A DNA stretch of 63,730 nt, the filler included, from Lenisia limosa (Eukaryota > Protista > Breviatea): assembly GCA_001655205.1 (NCBI GenBank). It is 12 parts of 12 records of this genome, joined end to end, with 100 filler letters (N's around TTAATTAATTAA, not from the genome) between each part and the next. Parts side by side here need not be neighbours in the genome. Positions count along the whole stretch, not along the records: positions 40,341 to 44,747 come from LPNZ01002864.1; positions 44,848 to 53,805 come from LPNZ01008872.1; positions 53,906 to 56,712 come from LPNZ01003717.1; 9 more parts are not named here. One strand, 5' to 3'. Positions 43,092 through 54,011 of this stretch are shown here, piece after piece. Every line of letters starts with the position of its first letter. Position 1 is the stretch's first letter. The position numbers and the translations under genes were made by a program. The notes below the pieces were generated by a model, which had not been told where the DNA came from, did not search any database, and worked only from the letters and a program-made list of their open reading frames with translations.

Positions 43092-43500
43092 ATAGTATAT
43101 GCTCAAGGTCCAAAATTATGTCGTTATTTCGAATTAATGTCGTTAATTATTTACGGTCGCCAAATCAGTTATTCCCCTTCAAAACAGTGAAGATCTTAAT
43201 TTGTTTATGAAGGAAAACAAAGAAAAATATAACGTTTCAAATTTTTTATTTTTTTTGGCAAGATCAGCACTTTATCGTGGAAATTTATTGTTTTTAGCGC
43301 CACGCTCNNNNNNNNNNNNNNNNNNNNNNNNNNNNNNNNNNNNNNNNNNNNNNNNNNNNNNNNNNNNNNNNNTCATATGTCCTTTTTTACGAGTTTTATT
43401 GTTGTGAAGTTGACTGTAACATGAAAAAGAGACAGTCACAGAAAATTAACGACAAATATTCGAATTAACGACATAGTTTAGGACCTCGAGCATATACTAT
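43092..43500. mobile_element. About 410-bp MITE with roughly 55-bp imperfect TIRs
   Basis: ATAGTATATGCTCAAGGTCCAAAATTATGTCGTTA... / ...TAACGACATAGTTTAGGACCTCGAGCATATACTAT, in a TA-rich context. Confidence 0.75.
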
Positions 43501-43847
43501 GTACATATTATATACTTGTATATATTATAGTACATATTTATACATGTATATTTATACAGTGACCGTGTTAAATAGTGATCGAAATGTCATTCCTGTTGGG
43601 AAATCGGTTTGGACCTCTTTATTAACCCAACATTTATATTCCAGAGAAATTATTATTTTCAATGAATTTAGTGAAGGACTCACTATACCGATTTAGTGAA
43701 ATTTAGTGACTTTAATGAATTTAACGAATGGAATTATAAAAAAAAAACGTGAATTACAAGTTCAGTTCATGTAGTATATATATGTATATTATCCGATCCG
43801 TATTTGACAAATGGTCTGATAACCCCCAGGTAAACCGCAGAACTACT

Positions 43848-44527
43848 ATGCGGTTTTGGCAGCAGCATGCTTCCTTCTTATTGTTTGTGGGAATTATTCA
43901 GTCACATCACTTTCTATTTTCATGCGGGATTTCTTACAGTTCAGATTATTCTATCGATACCCTGGATCAGAAGGAAGAAGTGGAAGTTCTTTTACAGACT
44001 TCACATCCTTTTGGCCCCATGCTTTATGTACCTTTCCTATCTTCATATGTGAGTTAATGTTGCTTTTACATCCTAGCATCATATGCAAATATCATATCAA
44101 TACCATATGATGTCATATCACATCAAATCGAAATCTACTACACTTTAGCACCCCCCTCTTTGGAGATAGCACCTTCTATAATCCTCAGTTGTACACATGC
44201 GTTATTTTGTACTTACGCTTCAGCCCCTACATGATGCACTACCTTCTTTGGACAACCATCATCATGGTTTTGGGTGGGCTTGGGACCAAGGGCTCTATGG
44301 TATGAAAAAGACCCGATAGAATATCATTATTCTGGGAAGCCTTAGTTACTACATTCTAGATCTTTTTTTTAATACGGATAGTGTTTCTTGAAAGCATTAA
44401 ACAAATTTAATTGAAGAAAAATTCCGTTGATAGAATGTTCCCTTTAATTTTTTCAGATGTGATTGTGAGAATTGTCACGTGCAAAACAGCTGACGCTGTT
44501 CTAGAGCCTTCTTACGGGTCAACTATG
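43848..44527 (+). CDS. Possible secreted/membrane protein, 5' part
   Basis: MRFWQQHASFLLFVGII... (signal-like) followed by short exons including hydrophobic YLLWTTIIMVLGGLW. Confidence 0.3.
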
Positions 44528-44560
44528 TGAGTGGCTTTATTATGTTAATAGCCGCAGATA

Positions 44561-44747
44561 TTGGACCCCTTGCTAACAGAGTTGAATTTGGGCTTTTTGT
44601 TTCATAATTTTCCAGTTTTACTTTCCTGCAGCATTAGTACCTTTACACCATTGAAATTTCCTTGGTTTTACTCCCCAACATCAGTGTTGCAAGCCAACCG
44701 AGTTGATTTGGGCTTCTTTTTTTACATACATTTTCCAGTTCGCCCCC
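44561..44747 (+). repeat. Two tandem partial family C repeats
   Basis: CAGAGTTGAATTTGGGC...TTTTAC occurs twice and runs into a spacer. Confidence 0.8.
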
Positions 44748-44847
44748 NNNNNNNNNNNNNNNNNNNNNNNNNNNNNNNNNNNNNNNNNNNNTTAATTAAT
44801 TAANNNNNNNNNNNNNNNNNNNNNNNNNNNNNNNNNNNNNNNNNNNN
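44748..44847. other. Artificial scaffold spacer 7
   Basis: Same 100-bp structure. Confidence 0.97.
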
Positions 44848-44884
44848 GGCTCCTGACTTATAGACCCCGTATTCAGCCTGGGGT

Positions 44885-44965
44885 GGGGGAGGGGGGAGTA
44901 AAACGAAGGAAATTTCGTAAAATTGGAAAATCTATGAGAAAAAAAGCCCAAAATCAACTCTCTGG
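44885..44965 (-). repeat. Family C repeat, partial
   Basis: GGGGGAGTAAAA...AATTGGAAAA...AAGCCCAAAATCAACTCT. Confidence 0.8.
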
Positions 44966-45379
44966 GGTGAGTACTGTTTTTGATTTTGAAGAAACAGTGA
45001 TAAAATCCTGAAATAAGCTTTAAAAGGGTTGAGCTAAGATAGGATGAGGGTGGGGTAAGCCTTACAAGGGTTGAGTTAAGATAGGATGGGGGNNNNNNNN
45101 NNNNNNNNNNNNNNNNNNNNNNNNNNNNNNNNNNNNNNNNNNNNNNNNNNNNNNNNNNNNNNNNNNNNNNNNNNNNNNNNNNNNNNNNNNNNNNNNNNNN
45201 NNNNNNNNNNNTCAAGAGACGGTAATAGTGTATATTCTTTAAGAATCTGTGCAATTCATCTTTTGAGAAATTATTTGACTAAATTTGAGATGAAAGTGTC
45301 TGAAATGGAGTTCCTATAACAATAGGTCTCACGTCAAATTCTGCAATGGATTGTTGAATGAATTGCACGAAGCCTTATT

Positions 45380-48300
45380 TTTCTTGCACCAATATCTGGG
45401 GTATCCTCATACCTGGGTATTGAGAACCTCTTGCACGGCCTCCTTAACCACATCCCGTGACGGCGTTTTGCTGAAACGTCAAAGAGGGGGGAGGAAAATT
45501 GTGAAAAAACAAAAAAAAAACAACTGTTGGCTCAGCATTTGACATGGAGGGGGGAGGGACGCTAACCTGGGGGATACACGAGTTGCCTTATTGGGAGTGG
45601 ATCGCGACGATATGGAACCCTGGGATTTTGCAGGGGTGGCGCGCGCTGATTTCGAGGGAGTAGAGTTCTGAGACTTGCCTGATATGGTAAGGGGCAAACG
45701 ACCCATTTCATGTGCATATCGTAATGGGAGGCGTCATATCACTGCGTGAAAATTTTTTTCAAACGTGTGATAATGATCCAACAAGTAATCTCACAGCTAA
45801 TATATGTGTGTATAACCTAGAGATTGACATGATAAAATGCTGACCAACCTGGTGAGATGTGCAGAGCTGCAGATAAGAACTACGCGTGTGAGTAATGAGC
45901 AAAGGGGGGGGGGTAAGAATATTGACAATTATGAAACAAAACATACCCAGAATCAAATCTGTTGGCTGAACATTTGGGCATCATATTTGGAGTGGGGTAA
46001 AAATGGGAATTCATGAAAAACACGGAACGTACATGTACATAATGCATGTATAAGTATAATTATAGTATATGATAGTATATGATATGGATAATGGATAATC
46101 ATAGCCCCCCCCCCTCCAACCTTTCCCTGCGGGCTCTCGGCGACAATTCCATGCACCACAGACTCGAGGTCTGCCAAGCGTGACGCAAGAGACGGGCCTA
46201 AGAGGTGATGTTTTTGGTGAAATGATAAGGTTTTTGAAGGAAAAAAATGAGTTTTTGGTGATGATGGTCATAATAGTCCGATGGATGGAGTGTTAGGAGC
46301 AATGAGTAGCCTATTTGTACACGTAGTTATATGATTCCCAATGTACTGTTGACTGATAGAATACCCACATTCCCTTCTCTATAGATGATATCATATACCA
46401 CCCTCCTAACGGTTAAGTTGGGCGTTTTCCGGACGACCGGCGGGAGAAGCAGCGGCAATCGAAGGGATATGCCGTCCCTGAGAAGGAGTTAAGAAGGGAT
46501 TCGAAAGAAAAATGCTAATAGGGCGATAAAAAATGTTGGATTATTGTGTTCAAGTTCAGTTGAAGAGTTTAAAGTTTGATAAATAATAAACGAATAAAAA
46601 GACTGATCAAAGATTGACAAATATGATAGTAATTGACAAAATTTGAAAAGTAGTCTGAAATTAATTTCTTGTTACAAGTCCTCTTCAAGGTAATTGTTTA
46701 TTTCCAGACCATTGACAAATATTCCAGAAAATTTTCAGCATAAGAAAAAGAAACACCCTCATTTCACCTGGCGAACTGGGGTGTACACGTGTCGGTTTTT
46801 GACGGGGGTGGTGAAGGGCGATGGACTGGCGGCAGTACGGGTCGCCTCGATTTTGATCAGAATCGNNNNNNNNNNNNNNNNNNNNNNNNNNNNNNNNNNN
46901 NNNNNNNNNNNNNNNNNNNNNNNNNNNNNNNNNNNNNNNNNNNNNNNNNNNNNNNNNNNNNNNNNNNNNNNNNNNNNNNNNNNNNNNNNGTGGCATGAAA
47001 CAAAGAAACATGGAACTCTGTGGAGATCAATGATGATGGTGATGCTGTTCTAAATAATAGTGATGATTCTGGTAATGATGCTACTGAGATAATATACTGA
47101 TGATGTTTTGAAAGTAATTATATGATATATAGTTTACTTACATGTTGAATAAAATATATTGTTTTGTTCTTTTCTTCGCACAGACCATGCATTCCGTTCA
47201 ATCAATCCAGAAAAGACACAAATGATGAAGTTCCCAAAAAATCATAAGTTTCACGGTTTCTGCGCAGCAGCACATACTTTGAGGTTGGTAGCGGCAGTGG
47301 TAAGAAGTGCATCAGTGTGACCGCATGTTTTGACCAGGTCTCGGGCCTCCGTCACTACCGCGTTCATCGCAGCTTGATCCATGAGGGGGTAGAGATGGGT
47401 GGATGGTAGCATAATATACTCTGTATAATAATATTCTGGGCGCTGAAAACTGTAGGCAAATGATTGGGTGAATTACAATAATACAATAATCCAATATCTA
47501 CGACACCATGCAATATATTTTGAAGAAAATAATTGACACATTTGAAAATAAAATCTCATATATAGTATCATATGGTATGCAAAAATTTCCCCTTCAGTAA
47601 AGGCTTAACATATAATATGCCTTGTTCAGGGCTTCATATACAGTGAAGTTTCTATGAGACTTGGGCTTCACTTCAGTTCGAAAAAAGACTGAATTTCTCG
47701 ATAAATCCTCGAGAACTATCGATATTTTACTGGTCTTTTTCGAAACGGTGAAGCCCTAATTAGACTAAGATCCGAAAGATCCGACACGCACAGCCTACCA
47801 GACTCGTATTGGGAAAACAGCGCTTCCAACTGAACCGTTAGTTGTCAGAGTTTCAATTTATTTGTAATAGGACAGCTACTAACAATCACCCATCATCATC
47901 ATCACCATCACCATCACCATCACCATTACCATCATCACCATCATCGTCATCACTTACACCATAGTATCACCCATGAAAGACTCACCTCATGCAACAAGAT
48001 TGAGAGCCTGTTCTTAAGGAGCGTGTTAGCTTCGGCATGAGGCTGGATGCTTTTACCAAGGGCCTTGATAGTAGAGGCTGCTTTGGGCTGAACCTCCCAA
48101 GTCCTGATTAATGATTTTATTAAATCCCATTTGTTCTCTCTCATCCTACAGTTCAGTTCAGTTCACCCCCCACGATTTAATAACGTCCACAGCACCGATC
48201 AGATGACTGGCGAAACCTGCATGCTCAAAAACGGCGATTCTCTGATGCTGAAGGTCGATGCTGGTTTTGTGTACTGTTCATGAGGGGGGGGGGGGAGTAA

Positions 48301-49260
48301 AANNNNNNNNNNNNNNNNNNNNNNNNNNNNNNNNNNNNNNNNNNNNNNNNNNNNNNNNNNNNNNNNNNNNNNNNNNNNNNNNNNNNNNNNNNNNNNNNNN
48401 NNNNNNNNNNNNNNNNNNNNNNNNNNNNNNNNNNNNNNNNNNNNNNNNNNNNNNNNNNNNNNNNNNNNNNNNNNNNNNNNNNNNNNNNNNNNNNNNNNNN
48501 NNNNNNNNNNNNNNNNNNNNNNNNNNNNNNNNNNNNNNNNNNNNNNNNNNNNNNNNNNNNNNNNNNNNNNNNNNNNNNNNNNNNNNNNNNNNNNNNNNNN
48601 NNNNNNNNNNNNNNNNNNNNNNNNNNNNNNNNNNNNNNNNNNGTAAAATGGAACCTCAATATACTCAAGTATTATGTTATGGTTTACTGAGCTGCTTCTA
48701 ACAACTATTATTTTAGTTCGGACAGAGCCCTACCGTCCGACTGAGACTTGAAGGGCTCGACGTAGGGTGACTTTGGTCCGTTTTGGAGGGGCAGCGACGT
48801 GCTGAATAGTGAGTCATGATTGTGATGCTGTATAGGATTCAGGTCCCACACATGATATTCTTTCTAATTGTTGTCACAAAAACTAGCGTGAATATTCTGT
48901 CATTAAGGGTGAACCATATTTGTGGTGATTAGCATTGGAGGGTGAAAAACATTGGCATACTAAACAGTCCAAAAAACATGGCATTAAAAAGTAAACAAGA
49001 CCATGGTCAAATTGTTGAACCAAAAGACTATTAAACAAGAAGGGTGTATTGACCAAAAGGGGTAACACTATTACACTTTGTTCAATTCATGAGATTTTGC
49101 GAGCCATTGATGTTTCATTTTGAAAATTGATATCATATTAATAATTGTATGTTCATATCTTTAAAAAAGACAAATGAATAGCACCCCCCCCCCCAACAGT
49201 TCAGAATGTCTCAATGGATGCGAAGGTTCCGGTGCAATTGTATCATAACTGAAAAACAGG
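45380..49260 (-). CDS. Multi-exon gene of unknown function with S/T/P/K-rich C-terminal part
   Basis: Exons such as MRENKWDLIKSLIRTWEVQPK..., DQAAMNAVVTEARDLVK... and KSQNSTPSKSARATPAKSQG..., all minus strand with AG/GT ends. May be more than one gene. Confidence 0.4.
45903..45972 (-). repeat. Family C repeat, partial
   Basis: G-run-TAAG...ATGAAACAAAA...ATCAAATCTGTTGGCTGA. Confidence 0.7.
47661..47758. mobile_element. MITE family A, best-preserved copy (98 bp)
   Basis: TIRs GGGCTTCACTTCAGTTCGAAAAAAGAC / GTCTTTTTCGAAACGGTGAAGCCC, ending in TA. Confidence 0.85.
47890..47952. repeat. (CAT)n/(CACCAT)n microsatellite
   Basis: Direct reading. Confidence 0.9.
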
Positions 49261-49384
49261 TAAAACATAGGGACACAAGATGATTGCTTTAAAATCGTTA
49301 AAATACAGCAGCGAGTTTTATGGGAGTTTACTTGACTGGCTTCATCCAAATACAATAATATATATATGATATTGTATAGAGATG

Positions 49385-49465
49385 AGAAATAAAACAAGGT
49401 TGTATCTGGCTGAAGACGTCCACCATCACATTTATAAGACATATGATATTGGATAATAGTATACT
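49385..49465 (+). repeat. Family D/E arm
   Basis: AGAAATAAAACAAGGTTGTATCTGGCTGAAGACGTCCACCATCAC...ATAAGA. Confidence 0.75.
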
Positions 49466-49972
49466 ACCCCTTAAAACATGACAGTATGGACGACGACTTC
49501 ATCCAGACAACGTCAAATATGAAAAGACCAAAGAACCAACTTTTCATAACTAGGCGGAGGAATTTGCTCAAGCTTTTGATATAGTCTGGACAGCCTCTCC
49601 CTGTGAAGTCAGAATGAGGCATACCATATTGGAAATAGAGGTATTACTTCATAGGAACTAAGCAAACGCGACGAGAAAGAAGTATGTACACATATGATAT
49701 CATATTCCTTCCATAAAAGATGTCATTTTGTAAAATTTATCTTTATCGTTCAAAAATAGAAAAAAATAATATTGCGCATTAAAGTGAATCCGTTTTCCCT
49801 CAATCCGAAAAAATGCCTGAGTTCATACGGTATGTCAAAAATTCTCTGACATCATTGATAAAGGGCACAATGAGTAAAGCCACTTTAAAATAGGAAAGGT
49901 AAAAAGTCTGTTCTTCCTGTGGAAAAGACATTTCGGTCACACTTATCCCGGTCTTTGTTTATGAATGTGGCA

Positions 49973-50053
49973 ACACTGACCGCGATAAGTCCTGACACGG
50001 ATATTGAGCTTTATCAGCAGTCAATCGTGCCAGGACCTATCGTGGTCAGTGTA
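49973..50053. mobile_element. MITE family B2 copy
   Basis: ACACTGACCGCGATAAGTCCTGAC / CAGGACCTATCGTGGTCAGTGTA. Confidence 0.75.
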
Positions 50054-51402
50054 TGCGCCAAGTAAGCTCATACTAGGAATTATAAAGTTGAACCAATACA
50101 CCCTTCTGTCCCTTACAACTTTCCATTGTGGGCATCCAAAAGGAGTCAGAAATCAAAGGTGTTAAGACACTCAACATAAATACAATACAAATGATGTGAT
50201 CATTATGATAATGATATTATATTGGCTTAATATGTACAACAGAGAAAATAAAGGAGACATCTGACTGAAGCCGTCAACAAATCATGGAATTAAAACTGTA
50301 ATTTGAGGAAGGTATAACTGTCAAAAATAAAAACAGTCAAACAAGACAAAGAATAATGTGACTTCAGATTTTTTCTTCTGTCACAAGAAGAAGCCAGAGT
50401 GAAGCATAGCCCTTTCCATTAACAGGCAAGTAAAGAGGGCCACCCACTTGGTTTCAGCCAAGGATCTCGTAATGACAGGCGAGTTCATGGTGAGACTTGT
50501 CTTTAGATCGACTATCAACCCCGCTCCAGTTGATAAACTTTATGTTGAGTCGAAGGCTGCCAGAGAACTGCTGGAGGGGCGGCTAATCACACAATCGTTA
50601 GCCCCGTCGCTTTTCTTGTTCCCTCTCCACGCTTATTTATCTCAAACAATCAATTGCTTTTCTCAAGCTTTTCTTATTTTGGGAGCTTTCGGTAGCAGCA
50701 AGTAGCAGTGACGGCAGTAGTTTTCCTGGTTTTCTTCCCGCTGCCACTGCGCGTCAAATGCGCGCAATGGCGCGTACACAACATCATAAAAAGTGTACAC
50801 TACACGCCGCAGCTCATGCAAAATCGGAGACTTTGTTGTTTCTAGGGTGAACATACCCCAGATTATTGATGCATTAAAGTTCAAAGTTCAAAGCTACACC
50901 GTACATCACCATCCAGCCCCTTATGTGCCACCAGATACTGGGAGAGTAATCTGGAATCTGGCCATCTGGGATGTATGTACATCGAAAAATTTTTTGTGAG
51001 TAACAAGTCAACAAGTAGAATAAATATCTTGGTTTGATTCTCTTTATAAAGAAAAATCCGCTTTCTGTGACACTTCTGTGATCGTTAGTTAGGAATAGGA
51101 GGTCAAAGAATGTATTTATACCAGTACGATAGAATTACCCCTTAAGAACAAGTACTTCTAAGTTTCTCAGTGGGTCACCATCTTTGTTTGACAAGTCAAA
51201 ACAGTTTGACGTGATTCAGTCAACACCCATCATTGAAGCTACTGGACATGACGTTTTGCTCCCTCGGTGCATTTTTTCAAATTCAAGAAGCTATGATGTA
51301 AGGTGGCAGCGTGAATTGAGAATTGACCCGAAGACCAGCAAAGTACCAATTCACCAAGCAACTCCCCCAATTGTTTTTTGGATGTCTCATAACAATTACC
51401 AT

Positions 51403-51484
51403 TACATGGTAACCGGGATAAGTCTTGACCTATTTTTCAAGGAAAATCATAGCAAATCGGTCAAGACTTATCCCGTTCCCTGTA
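51403..51484. mobile_element. MITE family B1 copy
   Basis: TACA...ACCGGGATAAGTCTTGACC / GGTCAAGACTTATCCCGTT...TGTA. Confidence 0.8.
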
Positions 51485-51638
51485 CATACTTCCACTGAAA
51501 TCTGTCTGCGTTAAGTTTATAACCAGTAAAATAACACCTTCAGTCTTATCATATGATTATCACCTGTGTTTATAATAAATATCATACCATAAAATATGAT
51601 GACTTCAGCAGATATCCACGTCATCCTAAACAACGTAC

Positions 51639-52773
51639 CTCTTCACAAAAGTTCTTCCTTGGGAGCACCAATGATCGCCGTGATTTCAGATGAGCTACTG
51701 CCTTATTCAATTAAATACTGCGGGTGGGCGGGCAAATATATTCACATTGAAAAGAGCCAAAAGTTCAGCAAGATTGATAAAATATCGATTTGAATCGAAA
51801 ATTTTCGAGTATGGCTCTTAGAGTTGAAGCAGCGGCCAAACAAACACAGTTACAACAAATATGATACTCCAGAGACCCTACCTCCTCAAGGGACATTCCA
51901 ATCGACACCAAACAGGCCAGTACTGAAACAGTAAAGTGCGATTCATTAAGGAAGTTGTGCAGTTCGAGTACATATGTATATGGTCCTAAAAAGAGCATTT
52001 GGCCAACCAAGAGCGGACGATCTAGACACCCCAGCCTTGCAGTGTATCAGTAACTTGCCATTGGCTGCCATGACAGACTTGAGAATTTCAGAGGTGGTGG
52101 TGTAGTGTGCCAAAAGGCTGGATTCCAATTCATCCTGTTAATGGTGACATTTATGAAGGTCGTAATGTTGATGTGAACATTTATAATGGTCGTAATGTGG
52201 TTAAATATTCAACAGAATGAAAATAAGCACTAATTTCTGTGAGCTCAGTTGTTCTCTTTTAAATATCTTGTGAGTGGTAATGTAGTTTGTCATGTTTATT
52301 CAAATGTCAATGCAAATGGTAACGTTAGTGCCTGCGATCCCAAAATCAGCCTAATTATTCCGATAAATTCAAAAATTAATCCACACCAAGAAGAACACCC
52401 TCCTCCCCAACTTGGACTGCGATGTGAGTGGCTTTGATTGTTTTGAAGGATGGGGGGCGGCAAACGACAGCTAATTAGTCAAAACTGTGATATGATACTG
52501 ATATAGGATTATGTTTGGTTTGTTAAGGAGATATGAGTCAACAGCTCCCTACCAGATATCACATGCGTGATCCCAAGATCGATTAGCTTTTCCTGGGGGG
52601 TGAAACACAATATGTGCAAATGGGAATCTGGAAGAAAGAAAATGTATGGGATACACCCCCGTGTCCCCTGTTGACATATAAAAGCTGATACCACAAACCT
52701 CATCTTTTGCCCCCTCTATTGACGTGTGGTAGAGGTGCGGTGTGATCTCACTGATCTTGGACAGAATCCCCAT
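51639..52773 (-). CDS. Atypical dual-specificity phosphatase (DUSP22/15-like); last exon unresolved
   Basis: MGILSKISEITPHLY...EKLIDLGITHVIS...LLIHCKAGVSRSSAL|VLACLV...|AVAHLKSRRSLVLPRKNF contains the HCxxGxSRS catalytic loop. Confidence 0.85.
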
Positions 52774-53439
52774 GGTGCTGTCGTGGCACTTCAAATATCA
52801 ATTTCTTCAAGGCTACAAATATAGCAATGAGAAATAAAAAATAAGGTTACATACTTATGTCAACAAATGTGGAAAAACACGAATGACCGTATTAAGTCTT
52901 GACCAACTTTTCGAGGGGGGACAGTCAAGACTATGGACATACACGTATCAAAGGCTGGCATAGTGTCTTGATATCATAGAAATATAAATTGTGTAATATA
53001 TGATTAATAGCCCAGATATGACCATATTAATAGCCCAGATATTGATGTACATGTACACATATTTCTGTGCATCAAGAAAGCTCTTTGCAGACCTGAGAGG
53101 AATGAGAAGATTGGGTTGTGGACCGAGAAACAATCGACTAAATATCAAATCTCCTGTGGTATTACAGACAAAGGGCTAGTTTTACGTTAGTGGACACAAA
53201 GTGGTAGGTAAATGGGACAAAAAGAACAGTGAAATGGGCACACTGCTTCGAGCAAGCTATCAAACTACTACTTAACCTGCAATTCTTCCTTTTATATATG
53301 TCTATATAATAAATACAACGTTGAATGCCATTTTTTTTCTCATTCCGCAGCAGCTAAAAGTCACGCGGCCGGGCGTCATTATCTTTCCTTTTCGTCTTGT
53401 CTTTTCCCTCCACCCAGCCTCCACCTCTTCTTCATTATA

Positions 53440-53730
53440 ATGTCATCAGAGAACAAGGTTGAGGAGGAACACGTTGACCAGGAGGTCGGAGGCGGACCAT
53501 CCGTCCCCGAAACCATTGAAGAGTTCCTGTTGAGCTACGGCTTTGAGCTTACTGACGTGGACCCCGGAAAGTTTGCAACTGCCAAGATTTAAATTTGATA
53601 CTTCATGGAGTTTGGAGTAAAACCATGATCTCCTTCTCACAATCTCAATCAAGCTCATTCCCCTAGGTTGCGGTTGCGCCTTGACACCCCCTTTCTCCAC
53701 CGCGTGTCTCCATGGGCTCTTTGTAAGGAT
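53440..53730 (+). CDS. 5' end of an unknown gene
   Basis: ATG-initiated acidic exon MSSENKVEEEHVDQEVGGGPSVPETIEEFLLSYGFELTDVDPG near the scaffold end. Confidence 0.4.
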
Positions 53731-53805
53731 GTAAGGGGGTCTTTAATGGGGCTCTTTAAAAGGATGTAAGGATATCTTTAAAAGGATGCAAGGATTGGAT
53801 GTATT

Positions 53806-53905
53806 NNNNNNNNNNNNNNNNNNNNNNNNNNNNNNNNNNNNNNNNNNNNTTAATTAATTAANNNNNNNNNNNNNNNNNNNNNNNNNNNNNNNNNNNNNNN
53901 NNNNN
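53806..53905. other. Artificial scaffold spacer 8
   Basis: Same 100-bp structure. Confidence 0.97.
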
Positions 53906-54011
53906 CAAAGTATAACAATCAGAAGAAAAAAGTAATTTGTCCAATTTAGAATTCGAGTATACATATATTCAACTGAACATAACATCAAAATACAAATATA
54001 GAGACAGGATT

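Noticed and set aside
45020-45092. Short tandem repeats here and at about 18995-19045, 53725-53795 and 57425-57490 as CRISPR-like or regulatory arrays
   Set aside because: Only 2-3 adjacent units with no unique spacers; ordinary intronic duplications in eukaryotic DNA.
45383-45400. Possible 17-nt intron (GTATGAGGATACCCCAG, minus strand)
   Set aside because: No conserved protein anchors the junction, and the downstream frame stops after a few codons.
50430-51400. Exon-like GC-richer segments between the unknown gene and the DUSP
   Set aside because: Probably coding, but strand and frame could not be resolved and no motif was recognised.
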